From assembly GCA_017934955.1 (NCBI GenBank), contig JAGBIO010000034.1, positions 2,123-66,122 on the forward strand: a stretch of DNA of 64,000 nt, read 5' to 3'. Shown here one piece after another: positions 48,735 through 58,679 of the stretch; positions within the stretch are counted from its first letter, which is position 1; every line of letters begins with the position of its first letter. The position numbers and the translations under genes are program-made. The notes beneath the pieces are model-generated. The model was not told where the DNA came from. It made no database searches and saw only the letters and a list, made by a program, of their open reading frames with translations. The stretch is from Clostridia bacterium. GTDB lineage: Bacteria > Bacillota > Clostridia > TANB77 > RGIG9151.

Positions 48735-51329
48735 ATGGCTGATGTTACGCCGATGATGAAGCAGTATTTGCAGATTAAGAAGGAGAATCAAGATTCGATT
48801 TTATTTTTTCGTTTGGGCGATTTTTATGAGATGTTTTTTGATGATGCAATTACGGTGTCGAGAGAGTTAGATCTTACTTTGACCGGGAAGAATTGTGGTC
48901 AGGAGGAGCGGGCGCCGATGTGCGGGATTCCGTATCATGCGGTGGAGCCGTATTTGTTGAAGTTGATAAAAAAAGGTTATAAGGTTGCGATTTGTGAGCA
49001 AACGGAAGATCCGAAGATGGCGAAGGGGATTGTGAAGCGTGAGATTGTTCGTGTTGTGACGCCGGGTACGGTTACCGATAGTTTGATGTTGGATGAGAAG
49101 AAGAACAATTATATTTGTGCGATTTATAAAGTGGGTACGACGATTGGATTGGCAAGTTCGGATGTATCGACAGGTGAATTTTCTTGTACAGAGTTTTCGG
49201 GTGCTTCGAGTTTTATGGAGTTGATGGATGAACTTGCGAGAATTAAGCCGTCGGAGCTTGAGGTGAATGAGATTTTATATCAAGACGAGAGTATCATGAG
49301 TGTTTTGAAGAAGCGTTTTGATTGCTTTGTGGCATGTTTGGATCATACGTTTTTTGATAGAGAATCGGCAGTTCGTTTGATGGGAGAGCAGTTTGAGAAT
49401 TTTGAGGAGGATAAGAAGCGTTTTTCTTCGGCGTATGTAGCGGCAGGTGCGTTGGTTCGTTATTTGAAGGAGATTCAGAAAGTGAGTCTTGCCCATATTA
49501 ATTCGATTCAGGTGTATGAGTCGGCAAGATTTATGACGATTGATATGGCGAGTCGACGGAATTTGGAGATTACCGAGACGATGCGGGATAAGAGTAAGCG
49601 AGGAAGTTTGTTATGGGTGATTGATGATACGAATACGGCGATGGGTGCGAGGTTGTTGTATTCTTGGATTGAGCGTCCGCTTATTCAGATTGATGAGATT
49701 CAGGCGAGATTGGATGCGGTGGAGTATTTTAAGAATCAGCCGTTGTTGCGTTCGGATATTATTGATGCGTTAAAGAAGATTTACGATTTGGAGAGATTAA
49801 TCGGGCGTGTGGTGTATGGTAGTGCGAATGCGAGAGATTTGATTGCGATTAAGATGTCGCTACGGGTTCTTCCGGATTTGAAGGCGCTTTTGGAGCAGGT
49901 GGATAATGCTTTGATTCGTAAGCTGACGGCGAATTTGGATGTGATTTCGGATATTGCGGAGTTGATTGAGAAGGCGATTACCGATGATCCGCCGATTTCG
50001 GTTCGAGAGGGTGGCATGATTAAAACCGGTTATAATGCGGAAGTGGACAAGCTTCGTTTTGCGGGTAGTAACGGAAAGGGCTTTATTGCGGAATTGGAGG
50101 CGAAAGAACGGGAGCGTACCGGAATTAAGAATTTGAAAATTGGTTTTAACAAGGTTTTTGGATATTATATCGAGGTGACGAAGTCGTATTTGAGTTTGGT
50201 GCCGGCGGATTATATTCGGAAGCAGACTTTGGCGGACAAGGAGCGGTATATTATTCAGGAATTAAAAGAAATGGAAGATACCATCTTGGGCGCGGAAGAG
50301 AAAATTGTTGTTTTGGAGTTTGAGCTGTTTGATGAGATTCGGAAGCATATTGCGAGTCAGGTAGAACGTTTTCAGCGGACAGCGAATGGCATTGCGAATA
50401 TTGATGCGTTGTCTTCCTTGGCTTGTGTGGCAGAGAGGAACAATTATTGCAAGCCGGTTGTGACGGAGGATGGCGAGATTGAGATTAAGGAAGGACGTCA
50501 TCCTGTGGTGGAACAGTGTATTGAGGAAGGTACTTTTGTGCCGAATGATACGCTTTTGGATTTGACGGAGAATCCGATTAATATTATTACCGGTCCGAAT
50601 ATGGCGGGTAAATCGACCTATATGCGGCAGGTGGCATTGATTACGTTGATGGCGCAGATTGGAAGTTTTGTGCCGGCGACCTCGGCGAAGATTGGGATTG
50701 CGGATCGTATTTTTACGAGAGTCGGGGCGTCGGATGATTTGGCGCAAGGGCAGTCGACCTTTATGGTGGAAATGTCGGAAGTGGCGAATATTTTGAATCA
50801 TGCGACGAAAAACAGCCTTGTAGTGTTGGATGAAATCGGGCGTGGTACGAGTACGTTTGATGGTCTTAGCATTGCTTGGGCGGTAATTGAGTATATGAGT
50901 GAGACAGTTGGTGCGAGAACGTTGTTTGCGACGCATTATCATGAGTTGACGGATTTGGAAAATAAGATGGAAGGCATTAAGAATTATTGTATTTCGGTGA
51001 AGGAAAAGGGCGATGATGTTATTTTCCTAAGAAAAATCATTCGTGGCGGTGCGGATGGCAGTTACGGAATTCATGTGGCGAAGTTGGCGGGAGTTCCTTA
51101 TGCGGTGGTGAATCGTGCGAAGGAAGTTTTAAAGAAGTTAGAGGATGCAGATCTCGGAAAGCGTCAGATGAAGGAAGCGAAGAAGGCGGAAGCGGTAGTT
51201 GCCGGACAGGTAGATATGTTTAATTATAAGGGAACCAAGATTGCGGATGAGTTGGAGAAACTTGATTTGAACGGTGTTACGCCGATTGATGCGTTGAATA
51301 TTTTGTATCGCTTGAAGGAGAAATTGTAG
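48735..51329 (+). CDS. mutS: DNA mismatch repair protein MutS.
   Basis: The N-terminal mismatch-binding region reads TPMMKQYLQIKKENQDSILFFRLGDFYE. Walker A reads GPNMAGKST. ATG 48735 follows a GGAGAG RBS. Confidence 0.9.
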   Translation: MADVTPMMKQYLQIKKENQDSILFFRLGDFYEMFFDDAITVSRELDLTLTGKNCGQEERAPMCGIPYHAVEPYLLKLIKKGYKVAICEQTEDPKMAKGIVKREIVRVVTPGTVTDSLMLDEKKNNYICAIYKVGTTIGLASSDVSTGEFSCTEFSGASSFMELMDELARIKPSELEVNEILYQDESIMSVLKKRFDCFVACLDHTFFDRESAVRLMGEQFENFEEDKKRFSSAYVAAGALVRYLKEIQKVSLAHINSIQVYESARFMTIDMASRRNLEITETMRDKSKRGSLLWVIDDTNTAMGARLLYSWIERPLIQIDEIQARLDAVEYFKNQPLLRSDIIDALKKIYDLERLIGRVVYGSANARDLIAIKMSLRVLPDLKALLEQVDNALIRKLTANLDVISDIAELIEKAITDDPPISVREGGMIKTGYNAEVDKLRFAGSNGKGFIAELEAKERERTGIKNLKIGFNKVFGYYIEVTKSYLSLVPADYIRKQTLADKERYIIQELKEMEDTILGAEEKIVVLEFELFDEIRKHIASQVERFQRTANGIANIDALSSLACVAERNNYCKPVVTEDGEIEIKEGRHPVVEQCIEEGTFVPNDTLLDLTENPINIITGPNMAGKSTYMRQVALITLMAQIGSFVPATSAKIGIADRIFTRVGASDDLAQGQSTFMVEMSEVANILNHATKNSLVVLDEIGRGTSTFDGLSIAWAVIEYMSETVGARTLFATHYHELTDLENKMEGIKNYCISVKEKGDDVIFLRKIIRGGADGSYGIHVAKLAGVPYAVVNRAKEVLKKLEDADLGKRQMKEAKKAEAVVAGQVDMFNYKGTKIADELEKLDLNGVTPIDALNILYRLKEKL

Positions 51330-51332
51330 AAG

Positions 51333-51480
51333 GACAGCATGAATGCTATCCGTACGGAGGGAGAGAGGCTGATGTTAAAATGGACAGCATGAATGCTGTC
51401 CGTACGGAGAGAGAGAGGCTGAAATTGCGATGGACACAATAAATTGTGTCCGTACGGAGAGGGAGAGAGGCTGATGTTAA
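51333..51480. repeat. REP cluster (two type A, one type B, all the same orientation).
   Basis: Read directly. Linker reads ggagRgagagaggctgaWRttRMRat. Confidence 0.9.
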
Positions 51481-51498
51481 AATAGAGGAGGTTGGGTT

Positions 51499-52428
51499 GT
51501 GGATAAGATTTCGGTGATTGTGCCTTGCTTTAATGAGGAGGAAGTGTTACCGCTTTTTTTTGAAGAAATTGTGAAAGTGATTTCTTCGATGAAGGAGTGT
51601 GTGTTTGAAGTTTTGTTTGTGAATGATGGTTCGTCGGACGGGACTTTGAAGGTTTTGAAGGAGTTTTCGAAGAAGGATGATCGAATGAAGTTTATTTCTT
51701 TTTCGCGAAACTTTGGAAAAGAGGCGGCGATTTATGCGGGGCTGAAAGAGGCGACCGGGGATTTTGTGGTTTTGACGGATGCGGATTTGCAGGATCCTCC
51801 GACGTTGATTCCGGAGATGTATCGGAGTTTAACAGAGGGAGAAGTGGATTGTGTTGCTACAAGACGTGTGACGCGAAAGGGAGAGCCGGTTCTTCGTTCT
51901 TTTTTTGCGAGAATGTTTTATCGGATTATTAATCGATTGGCGAAGATTAATATTGTGGATGGTGCTCGGGATTTTCGGATGATGAAGCGTTCGATGGTGA
52001 ATGCGATTTTGGAGGTTTCGGAGGTTAACCGGTTTTCGAAGGGAATTTTTTCTTGGGTTGGTTTTGAAACGAAGTGGATTCCTTATGAAAATGTGAATCG
52101 TGCGGCGGGAAAGACAAAGTGGTCATTTTTTTCGCTGTTGCAGTATTCGATTGAAGGAATTGTGGGATATTCGACGATGCCTTTGACGTTTGCGGCATTA
52201 TTGGGAATTTTGTTTTGTTTTATTTCGCTGATTTTGATTTGCGTGATTATTGTTCGTACTTTGGTGTGGGGGGATTCTACGGCGGGGTGGCCGTCTTTGG
52301 CTTGTATCATCTTTTTTATTGGCGGAATTCAGTTGTTTTGTATCGGTATTTTGGGAGAATATCTTGCGAAGACATATTTGGAGACGAAGAAGAGACCGAT
52401 TTATGTAGTGAAGGAAAAAAGCGAGTGA
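51499..52428 (+). CDS. GT2 polyprenyl-phosphate glycosyltransferase (GtrB / dolichyl-phosphate mannosyltransferase-like).
   Basis: N-terminal motifs SVIVPCFNEEE and VLTDADLQD. Two C-terminal transmembrane helices. GTG start 6 nt from GAGGAGG. Confidence 0.75.
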   Translation: MDKISVIVPCFNEEEVLPLFFEEIVKVISSMKECVFEVLFVNDGSSDGTLKVLKEFSKKDDRMKFISFSRNFGKEAAIYAGLKEATGDFVVLTDADLQDPPTLIPEMYRSLTEGEVDCVATRRVTRKGEPVLRSFFARMFYRIINRLAKINIVDGARDFRMMKRSMVNAILEVSEVNRFSKGIFSWVGFETKWIPYENVNRAAGKTKWSFFSLLQYSIEGIVGYSTMPLTFAALLGILFCFISLILICVIIVRTLVWGDSTAGWPSLACIIFFIGGIQLFCIGILGEYLAKTYLETKKRPIYVVKEKSE

Positions 52429-52556
52429 TAAAAGAAGGAGATTTAGCAAAACAGAAACGTCCCCGATGAAAAAAAGAAGGAGATTTTCGAAAACAGAAAC
52501 GTCCCCGATGAAAAAAAGAAGGAGATTTTCGAAAATGGAAACGTCCCCGATGAAAA
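52425..52556 (+). repeat. Three tandem copies of a 41-bp unit (GAAGGAGATTTTCGAAAACAGAAACGTCCCCGATGAAAAAAA) starting at the GT2 stop codon.
   Basis: Unit starts at 52425, 52466 and 52507. Not related to the REP family. Confidence 0.85.
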
Positions 52557-52592
52557 AACTTTAGCGAATGTGTTAAAGTTTTTTTTTATTTT
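52552..52592 (+). terminator. Rho-independent terminator.
   Basis: AAAACTTTA-gcgaatgtgt-TAAAGTTTT followed by TTTTTATTTT. Confidence 0.65.
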
Positions 52593-52738
52593 AACGATAA
52601 ATGGAGTGTTGAGGGATTTGGTGAGTTTAAATTTTGAATTTTATGGTGATAATGCAAAAAAATCGACATAAAAACTAAAGTTTTTCGATGAATCTGACGA
52701 TATATATAATGATGCTAAAGATAAAGAGGTGAGAATGA

Positions 52739-53947
52739 TTGCCGAAGTATAGGTGTGTTGCTATTGATAAGGATGGTAAGCGTGACAGCAGAATTAGAGT
52801 TGAGGCACCTAATAAGGAGACAGTAGCAAGTGTTCTGAAGAATAAGGGATATTATATTGTTTCGATTCGTGAGGAAACAATTTTTGATAAAGAAATAGAA
52901 ATCGGTGGTAACGGAAGTCTTCCTTCTAAGCAGGTGGCGTTGTTCTCGAAACAGTTTTCGATGCTTTTGAGAGCGGGAATTTCGGTTTCAGCCTCTTTAG
53001 ATATCTTGAAGGATCAGTTAGAGGATAAGCGAGCGAAAAAAGCAATATCCGCTGCGTATGATGAGGTATTAAAGGGAATGTCGCTTTCGCAGGCGATTGC
53101 GAGTACGAAGCGTTTCCCGGACTTATTTGTGAACATGGTGGAAGCCGGAGAAGCCGGAGGTTTTTTGGATGAAGTCATGGAGAGAATGTCCGCTTATTAT
53201 GAGAAAGATACAAAGGTAGTGGAACAGGTTCGAAATTCTTTGATTTATCCGGTTGTGGTAATTGTTGTTACGATTGTGGTTGTGTATATCTTGGTGACGC
53301 AGGTTGTTCCTCAGTTTGTTACTATGTTTGACAGTATGCAGGTGGAACTTCCGGGAAGTACGAAGTTCTTAATTGCACTAAGTGATTTCTTGACAAAGTG
53401 GTGGTGGGCTGTTTTCCTTGGTGTCGGCTTAGGGATATTCGGTTTGGTGAAGTATGTGAATACTGCACGAGGTCGCTATCATAAGGATAATTTCTTGTTG
53501 CATTTGCCGATATTTCGGTCTTTGGTTTTGAAGTCGATTGTGGCGAGATTTACCAGAACGTTGAGTATTATGTTGAAATCGGGTGTTCCGATGATTCGTT
53601 CTTTGGAGCTTTCTTCGAGAATTGTTTCGAATAAAGTCATTGAACGCGATTTGATGAAAGTGGTGGATGAAGTTACTTCGGGTAAGTCTTTATCCGGTCC
53701 GATGGCGAATATGAAACGGTTTCCGAAGATGGTTATTTCTTTGATGCGAACGGGTGAAGAAACGGGTGCGTTGGATGAGATGATGGAAAAGTGTGCGGAG
53801 TTTTATGATATGGAAGTAGAAAACCTTTCCGCAAGATTAACAACATTGATTGAACCAATGATTATTTTAGTTTTGGCAGGAGTGGTAGGATTTATCGTTA
53901 TGTCGGTATTGGAACCGATGTTTACGATGTACAACAGTTTAGGTTGA
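52739..53947 (+). CDS. pilC: Type IV pilus assembly platform protein PilC (GspF family).
   Basis: Two GspF repeats and three transmembrane segments. TTG start follows an AGAGGTGAG RBS. Confidence 0.8.
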   Translation: MPKYRCVAIDKDGKRDSRIRVEAPNKETVASVLKNKGYYIVSIREETIFDKEIEIGGNGSLPSKQVALFSKQFSMLLRAGISVSASLDILKDQLEDKRAKKAISAAYDEVLKGMSLSQAIASTKRFPDLFVNMVEAGEAGGFLDEVMERMSAYYEKDTKVVEQVRNSLIYPVVVIVVTIVVVYILVTQVVPQFVTMFDSMQVELPGSTKFLIALSDFLTKWWWAVFLGVGLGIFGLVKYVNTARGRYHKDNFLLHLPIFRSLVLKSIVARFTRTLSIMLKSGVPMIRSLELSSRIVSNKVIERDLMKVVDEVTSGKSLSGPMANMKRFPKMVISLMRTGEETGALDEMMEKCAEFYDMEVENLSARLTTLIEPMIILVLAGVVGFIVMSVLEPMFTMYNSLG

Positions 53948-54005
53948 TACAATTTCTTTGGAAACAAAGAGTGTATATATGTAAAAATTTAAAGGAGGAA
54001 ATATT

Positions 54006-54617
54006 ATGGTAAAAAGTTTAAAAAGCAACAAAGGATTTACGTTAGTAGAACTAATTATTGTAATAGCGATTTTAGCGATAATTATGTTGATTGCGATTCC
54101 TAACTTTTCCGGAATTCAGCAGAGAATGCAGGTAAGAGCCGATAAGGCGACGGCAGCACAAATCGGTAAGGCAGTTAGAGTTTGGTTTATGGATTATACA
54201 ACGGACAAGACTTTGACAGCAATAGCAGAAGGGCAAGTTCTTCCGGTAGCTGCAACAGTAAATATTGGTGGTACAGATAAGAATATCAAGGGCTTACCTA
54301 CCCAAAATGAACTTACTGATCCGAAGGTAGTAAAATATGATACATTGGCGGGAATTGAAGGATATATTAGCAAAGGTCAAACACCTGTGTCATTAAAAAC
54401 GGGAGCAAACGGAAATAAAGTTAAATATCAGCATTATTGTGTAACGCTTTCTGAAGATGCTACAAGTGCTGGAGCTAAAATCCTTGTTTCTATCTGTGCT
54501 GAAGGTGAAGATGCTGGTGGTGATCCAGATGGTAATTTAACAGAACCTACATTTGGAACACCGATTACGGCTAATTATGATGGCAGTACTTCTGCTGTAG
54601 CATACGTTGAACCGTAA
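54006..54617 (+). CDS. pilA: Type IV pilin (PilA-like), paralogue 1.
   Basis: Prepilin leader and cleavage motif read KG/FTLVELIIVIAILAIIMLIAIP, with Glu at +5. AAAGGAGG RBS present. Confidence 0.75.
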   Translation: MVKSLKSNKGFTLVELIIVIAILAIIMLIAIPNFSGIQQRMQVRADKATAAQIGKAVRVWFMDYTTDKTLTAIAEGQVLPVAATVNIGGTDKNIKGLPTQNELTDPKVVKYDTLAGIEGYISKGQTPVSLKTGANGNKVKYQHYCVTLSEDATSAGAKILVSICAEGEDAGGDPDGNLTEPTFGTPITANYDGSTSAVAYVEP

Positions 54618-54641
54618 CGAAAAATAAGGAGGAATAAGAAA

Positions 54642-55235
54642 ATGAAAAATAATAAAGGTTTTACATTAGTTGAGTTAATTATTGTAATCGCAATTTTAGC
54701 AATAATCATGTTGATTGCGATTCCGAATTTCTCGGGAATTCAACAGAGAATGCAGGTAAGAGCCGATAAGGCGACAGCGGCACAAATCGGTAAGGCAGTT
54801 CGTGTATGGTTTACCGACTGCACGACAGATTCAGGTTTGATTAGCGAACATGATGGAACAGCGGCAGCAACTGTGACAAATGGTGTAGTTACTGTTGAGG
54901 GTAAGTATGCACCGGAAGATTTACCGGTAAAGGCTGTTGATAATACAACACCAACAAGATATGAGAACTTAATTGGAATTAAAGAGTATATTAGTTGGAA
55001 TCAAGTTCCTTCTTCTATGAAGGGAACAGTTGATGGTACTGATAAAGGACAAAAGATTGCAAATCAAGTTTATGGTGTGTTTTTGACGGCAGATGAAACG
55101 AGTGCGGATGCTAAAATTGTAGTTGCAATTGTTTCATCCTCGGAAACCGGTTATATGACGATTAACACTTCTGCTGCTACATTAACTGCCGGTTATGATG
55201 GTAATGGTGCAGGAATTGCTTATATTGAACCGTAA
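54642..55235 (+). CDS. pilA: Type IV pilin, paralogue 2.
   Basis: The first ~55 codons are nearly identical at the DNA level to paralogue 1. The C-terminal half is divergent. Confidence 0.75.
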   Translation: MKNNKGFTLVELIIVIAILAIIMLIAIPNFSGIQQRMQVRADKATAAQIGKAVRVWFTDCTTDSGLISEHDGTAAATVTNGVVTVEGKYAPEDLPVKAVDNTTPTRYENLIGIKEYISWNQVPSSMKGTVDGTDKGQKIANQVYGVFLTADETSADAKIVVAIVSSSETGYMTINTSAATLTAGYDGNGAGIAYIEP

Positions 55236-55249
55236 GGGAGCGCGGATTC

Positions 55250-55741
55250 TTGAAGAGAATAACAGAAGATAATGCAAAGGGCTTTACATTAGTGGAACTG
55301 GTTTTTGTGCTTGTTATCTTAGCGGCTATTATGATGATCATCATTCCGTTATATCCTACGTTAACGCATCGGATGAAGGTGAATACCGATCGTTCTTCGG
55401 CGGCGAATATCGCGGATGCGGTTAAGTGCTGGTATAGCGATTGTTCTACAGACGAGAAGTTAAAGGAGTTTTCGACAGAACTTCAAGTGGATACTACTAT
55501 TCGGTTTACGGAGGTTACGGGGCTTAGCAGATATTTAGATGTAGTAAATACGAAGCCGTGTTCTTTACTTAATGAAAATAAAGTAACGGAACCGTTACAG
55601 GAGTTTTTTATCGGTATGATAAAAAAAGATGGTGAGTGGAAAGTGGTCGTATCGATAGGAACTTCCGGCAGTAGTATTACAAGTGATTCTGTTGAGAATT
55701 ATGATGGAAATTCGTCCGGAATAATTTACATTGAACGATAA
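55250..55741 (+). CDS. Type IV pilin-like protein, paralogue 3.
   Basis: Carries AKGFTLVELVFVLVILAAIMMIIIP. TTG start. Confidence 0.6.
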   Translation: MKRITEDNAKGFTLVELVFVLVILAAIMMIIIPLYPTLTHRMKVNTDRSSAANIADAVKCWYSDCSTDEKLKEFSTELQVDTTIRFTEVTGLSRYLDVVNTKPCSLLNENKVTEPLQEFFIGMIKKDGEWKVVVSIGTSGSSITSDSVENYDGNSSGIIYIER

Positions 55742-55760
55742 ATAGAAAGGAAAGTTACTT

Positions 55761-56144
55761 ATGATGGAGAGTATTTTTGTTTTAATATTTGGTACTTTTA
55801 TTGGTAGCTTTCTGAATGTATGTATTTATCGAATTCCTAAGGGCGAGACGATTGTATTTGGGCGATCTCATTGTATGAGTTGTCAGAAAGAAATTAAATG
55901 GTATGATTTAATTCCTGTGATAAGCTATTTAATTTTAGGTGGTAAATGCCGATATTGCAAAGAGAAACTCTCTTTGCAATATCCGTGCATTGAACTTATG
56001 AATGGATTAGCTTATTTTGTTTTGTATAGAGTTTTTGGTTTTCAAGTTTTCTTTTTTATTTCTTGTGTGGTGTTTTCGGTGGTGCTTGTTTTTTTGATGA
56101 TACAGGTGAATCGCAGGTGTGAGAAGAAAGGCGGGACAGCATGA
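55761..56144 (+). CDS. pilD: Prepilin peptidase N-terminal Zn-binding domain only. The A24 catalytic domain appears to be missing.
   Basis: Carries CMSCQ...x21...CRYC (DiS_P_DiS domain) and ends after 127 aa. The last 8 codons (...RRCEKKGGTA) run into the first REP of the 56130 cluster. Confidence 0.55.
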   Translation: MMESIFVLIFGTFIGSFLNVCIYRIPKGETIVFGRSHCMSCQKEIKWYDLIPVISYLILGGKCRYCKEKLSLQYPCIELMNGLAYFVLYRVFGFQVFFFISCVVFSVVLVFLMIQVNRRCEKKGGTA

Positions 56145-56340
56145 ATGCTGTCCGTACAGAAAGAGAAATAAGCCGAATAGGGACACAATAAATTGTGTCC
56201 GTACAGAGGGAAAGAGAAATAAGCAAAATAGGGACAGCATGAATGCTGTCCGTACAGAGGGAAAGAGAAATAAGCAAAATAGGGATACAATAAATTGTGT
56301 CCGTACAGAGGGGAAGAGAATACAAGTACGAATGAGAATT
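56130..56340. repeat. REP cluster: four REPs alternating type A and type B, all the same orientation, with agagRgaaagagaaataagc linkers.
   Basis: Read directly. Confidence 0.9.
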
Positions 56341-56420
56341 GATGAATAAATGTCAGCAAATAACGGGTTTTATTTGTTGAGATTTGTTTATCAGCGAATA
56401 AAGGGACGGTGAGTAAAAAA

Positions 56421-58028
56421 ATGAAATCTTCGAAAAGTGAAATTGACAGGATGTTTAAGGGCAAGGAGCGTCATTTGATGTTAGAGGTTGGGAATTATAA
56501 TACGAAAATGATTGAGGTTGTTCCAGAGGCTCGGAAAATTAATATAGAGAAAGGTTTTATTTTTGCTACTCCGCCGGGAACGCTTGAGGATGACGTGATT
56601 GTAAATTATGATGAGCTTGTGAATGAGCTTATGGCGCGGATGAAAGAGGAAAAAATCACGACCAGACAGTTGACGGTGTCGCTTTCTTCTATGGATATTA
56701 TTACGAGAGAAATGAATGTTCCGGCAATGTCGAAGAAAGATGTGATTAGTTTTATTAAAAATAATTCAGCGGATATTTTTCCGGTGGATCTTTCGGAATA
56801 TACGTTGGCTTATACTGCGATTGATGCAAAACGTGGAAATTCGAAGCTTTTAATTGCTGCGATTCCGAATGAAATTATTGAGCCGTATATTAAAATTGCG
56901 GAGAAATTGAATTTGATTTTAAAAACATTCAGTTTTTCGGGTTTTGGATTGTTTAATTTGTTTGATTTGGAAATGGGATATAACGCCGGTACGTATGCGG
57001 TAATTGATTTGGGTTCGAAGAATACCAATTTTATTATTGTGTCTGACGGCGTGTTGATGTATAACCGGGTTTTGAAAATCGGGTCGGATGATATTACTAA
57101 AGAGATTGCAATGCATTTTAAGTGTACGTTAACGAAGGGAGAAAAGTTAAAGAGAGATTATAACAGTGTCATCATGGAGGGCAGTTTGAAGAAGGATGAT
57201 CCTGTATATATTGTGGCGGATATTTTCCGAAATGTGCTTGGGGGAATGCTAACGGATATTTCGACTTTAATTGAGTTTTATAATTCGAATCATACAAGAA
57301 ATACTGTATCGAAGATTTATATTATCGGAATTGCAAGTAAAATTTCGGGAATTTGTGAGTTTGTGCAGACGACGCTTGGTGTTGAGACGGAGAAGATTAA
57401 GTCTTTTGATCGTGTTCAGTTTGGGGAACGTGCGGAGAAGAATTTGAAGCCGAGACAGGTGACACTGGAGAATTGCTTAGGCGCAGTACCAATGGAAGGA
57501 AAACGAGTAAGAATTATAAAGGGAAAATTGGCGCTTACGAAGTGGTATCAGTCGATTGATCCGATTGTGTATAAATCTGCGATTTTAGTTGCTTGTTTGA
57601 TGATTCTGGTGTTGTGTCTTATTAATTTCCATACGTTTTTAACGAATAATGAAATTATGAAGTATAAGGGTATGATTGTAGAGAAGAAGGAAGTTGTTGC
57701 TTTACAGGAGGAGTTGAATCGTCTTACTTCGAAGAATGAGGCGAATAAAAAGAAAATGGAATCTGTTCCGGAGGGGGCAGAGAATCATTTGGATAAACTT
57801 GCATCGATTGAGAATTTATTAAGCTTGTATCCTTTAGTGGAAGTGACCGGATATGATTTTAAGGTGAATAGTATTACTTTAAATTGCAGTTGCCCGGATG
57901 AAATAGAGTTTTATGCTTTGAAAAACAGTGAGGAGTTTAAGGCGCTTTCCGGAAATGCAACGTCGATAAGAAATGAAAAGTTTACAATGAAATTTACCTT
58001 CGATAATACAGGAAAGCAGGGGAGGTAA
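56421..58028 (+). CDS. pilM: PilM-like actin-fold ATPase-like domain fused to a transmembrane helix and a PilN-like C-terminal domain.
   Basis: ~380-aa cytoplasmic PilM/FtsA-like domain (LMLEVGNYNTKMIEV), then a transmembrane helix at ~385-410, then a ~130-aa periplasmic domain. Confidence 0.55.
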   Translation: MKSSKSEIDRMFKGKERHLMLEVGNYNTKMIEVVPEARKINIEKGFIFATPPGTLEDDVIVNYDELVNELMARMKEEKITTRQLTVSLSSMDIITREMNVPAMSKKDVISFIKNNSADIFPVDLSEYTLAYTAIDAKRGNSKLLIAAIPNEIIEPYIKIAEKLNLILKTFSFSGFGLFNLFDLEMGYNAGTYAVIDLGSKNTNFIIVSDGVLMYNRVLKIGSDDITKEIAMHFKCTLTKGEKLKRDYNSVIMEGSLKKDDPVYIVADIFRNVLGGMLTDISTLIEFYNSNHTRNTVSKIYIIGIASKISGICEFVQTTLGVETEKIKSFDRVQFGERAEKNLKPRQVTLENCLGAVPMEGKRVRIIKGKLALTKWYQSIDPIVYKSAILVACLMILVLCLINFHTFLTNNEIMKYKGMIVEKKEVVALQEELNRLTSKNEANKKKMESVPEGAENHLDKLASIENLLSLYPLVEVTGYDFKVNSITLNCSCPDEIEFYALKNSEEFKALSGNATSIRNEKFTMKFTFDNTGKQGR

Positions 58029-58030
58029 TC

Positions 58031-58633
58031 ATGAACATTGATTTTTCGAAATTAAAAAATATGGATTTAAAAGATATCAATTTGAAGGATTTGAAGAATC
58101 GCAAAGAATTATTGATTTTGTTGGGAATTGTTATTTTTATTGTTGCAATTTTTTTAATCGGGAATGGACTTTGGAAAGAGAACGTAGAAGCGAGTTCGGA
58201 ATTGAAACGTTTGAAGGCTAAGTATGAAGAAATTTTAAGAAAAGAGAATTCGGTGGAGGTTTTAAGTCAGCAAATTGAGGAAATGAACACCGAGATTTTG
58301 GCGAGTGAAACGGCGATTCTTCCGATTGATGAGGCGGAGATTATTAATATTTTAGAGGATATGCAGGATAAGGTTGGAATCCGGTGGGATAAAAAAAATC
58401 GAGTTATTTCGGAAGCGACAGAGGTTCCTGAAGTGAAGGGTATTCTTAAATTTAAGGTTACGACTTCTTCTTTTACGGCTACTTATGAACAGACAAAAAA
58501 ATTAATGGAGTATATTGATCATTTGGGGAGCAGGGTGTCGTTGGAGTCTTATACGTTAGGGAAAAATTCTTTGACGGGTGAGTTAAGAGGAACGATGGTG
58601 TTGAATTTTTATATGGCAAAAGATGAAGCGTAG
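58031..58633 (+). CDS. pilO: PilO-like bitopic pilus assembly protein.
   Basis: N-terminal transmembrane helix then a coiled-coil segment. GGAGG RBS present. Position is immediately after pilMN. Confidence 0.45.
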   Translation: MNIDFSKLKNMDLKDINLKDLKNRKELLILLGIVIFIVAIFLIGNGLWKENVEASSELKRLKAKYEEILRKENSVEVLSQQIEEMNTEILASETAILPIDEAEIINILEDMQDKVGIRWDKKNRVISEATEVPEVKGILKFKVTTSSFTATYEQTKKLMEYIDHLGSRVSLESYTLGKNSLTGELRGTMVLNFYMAKDEA

Positions 58634-58679
58634 GATAGCAGTTGGTGCATTTTGAGAGAAAGCGGTTCGGAGGTTTTTT

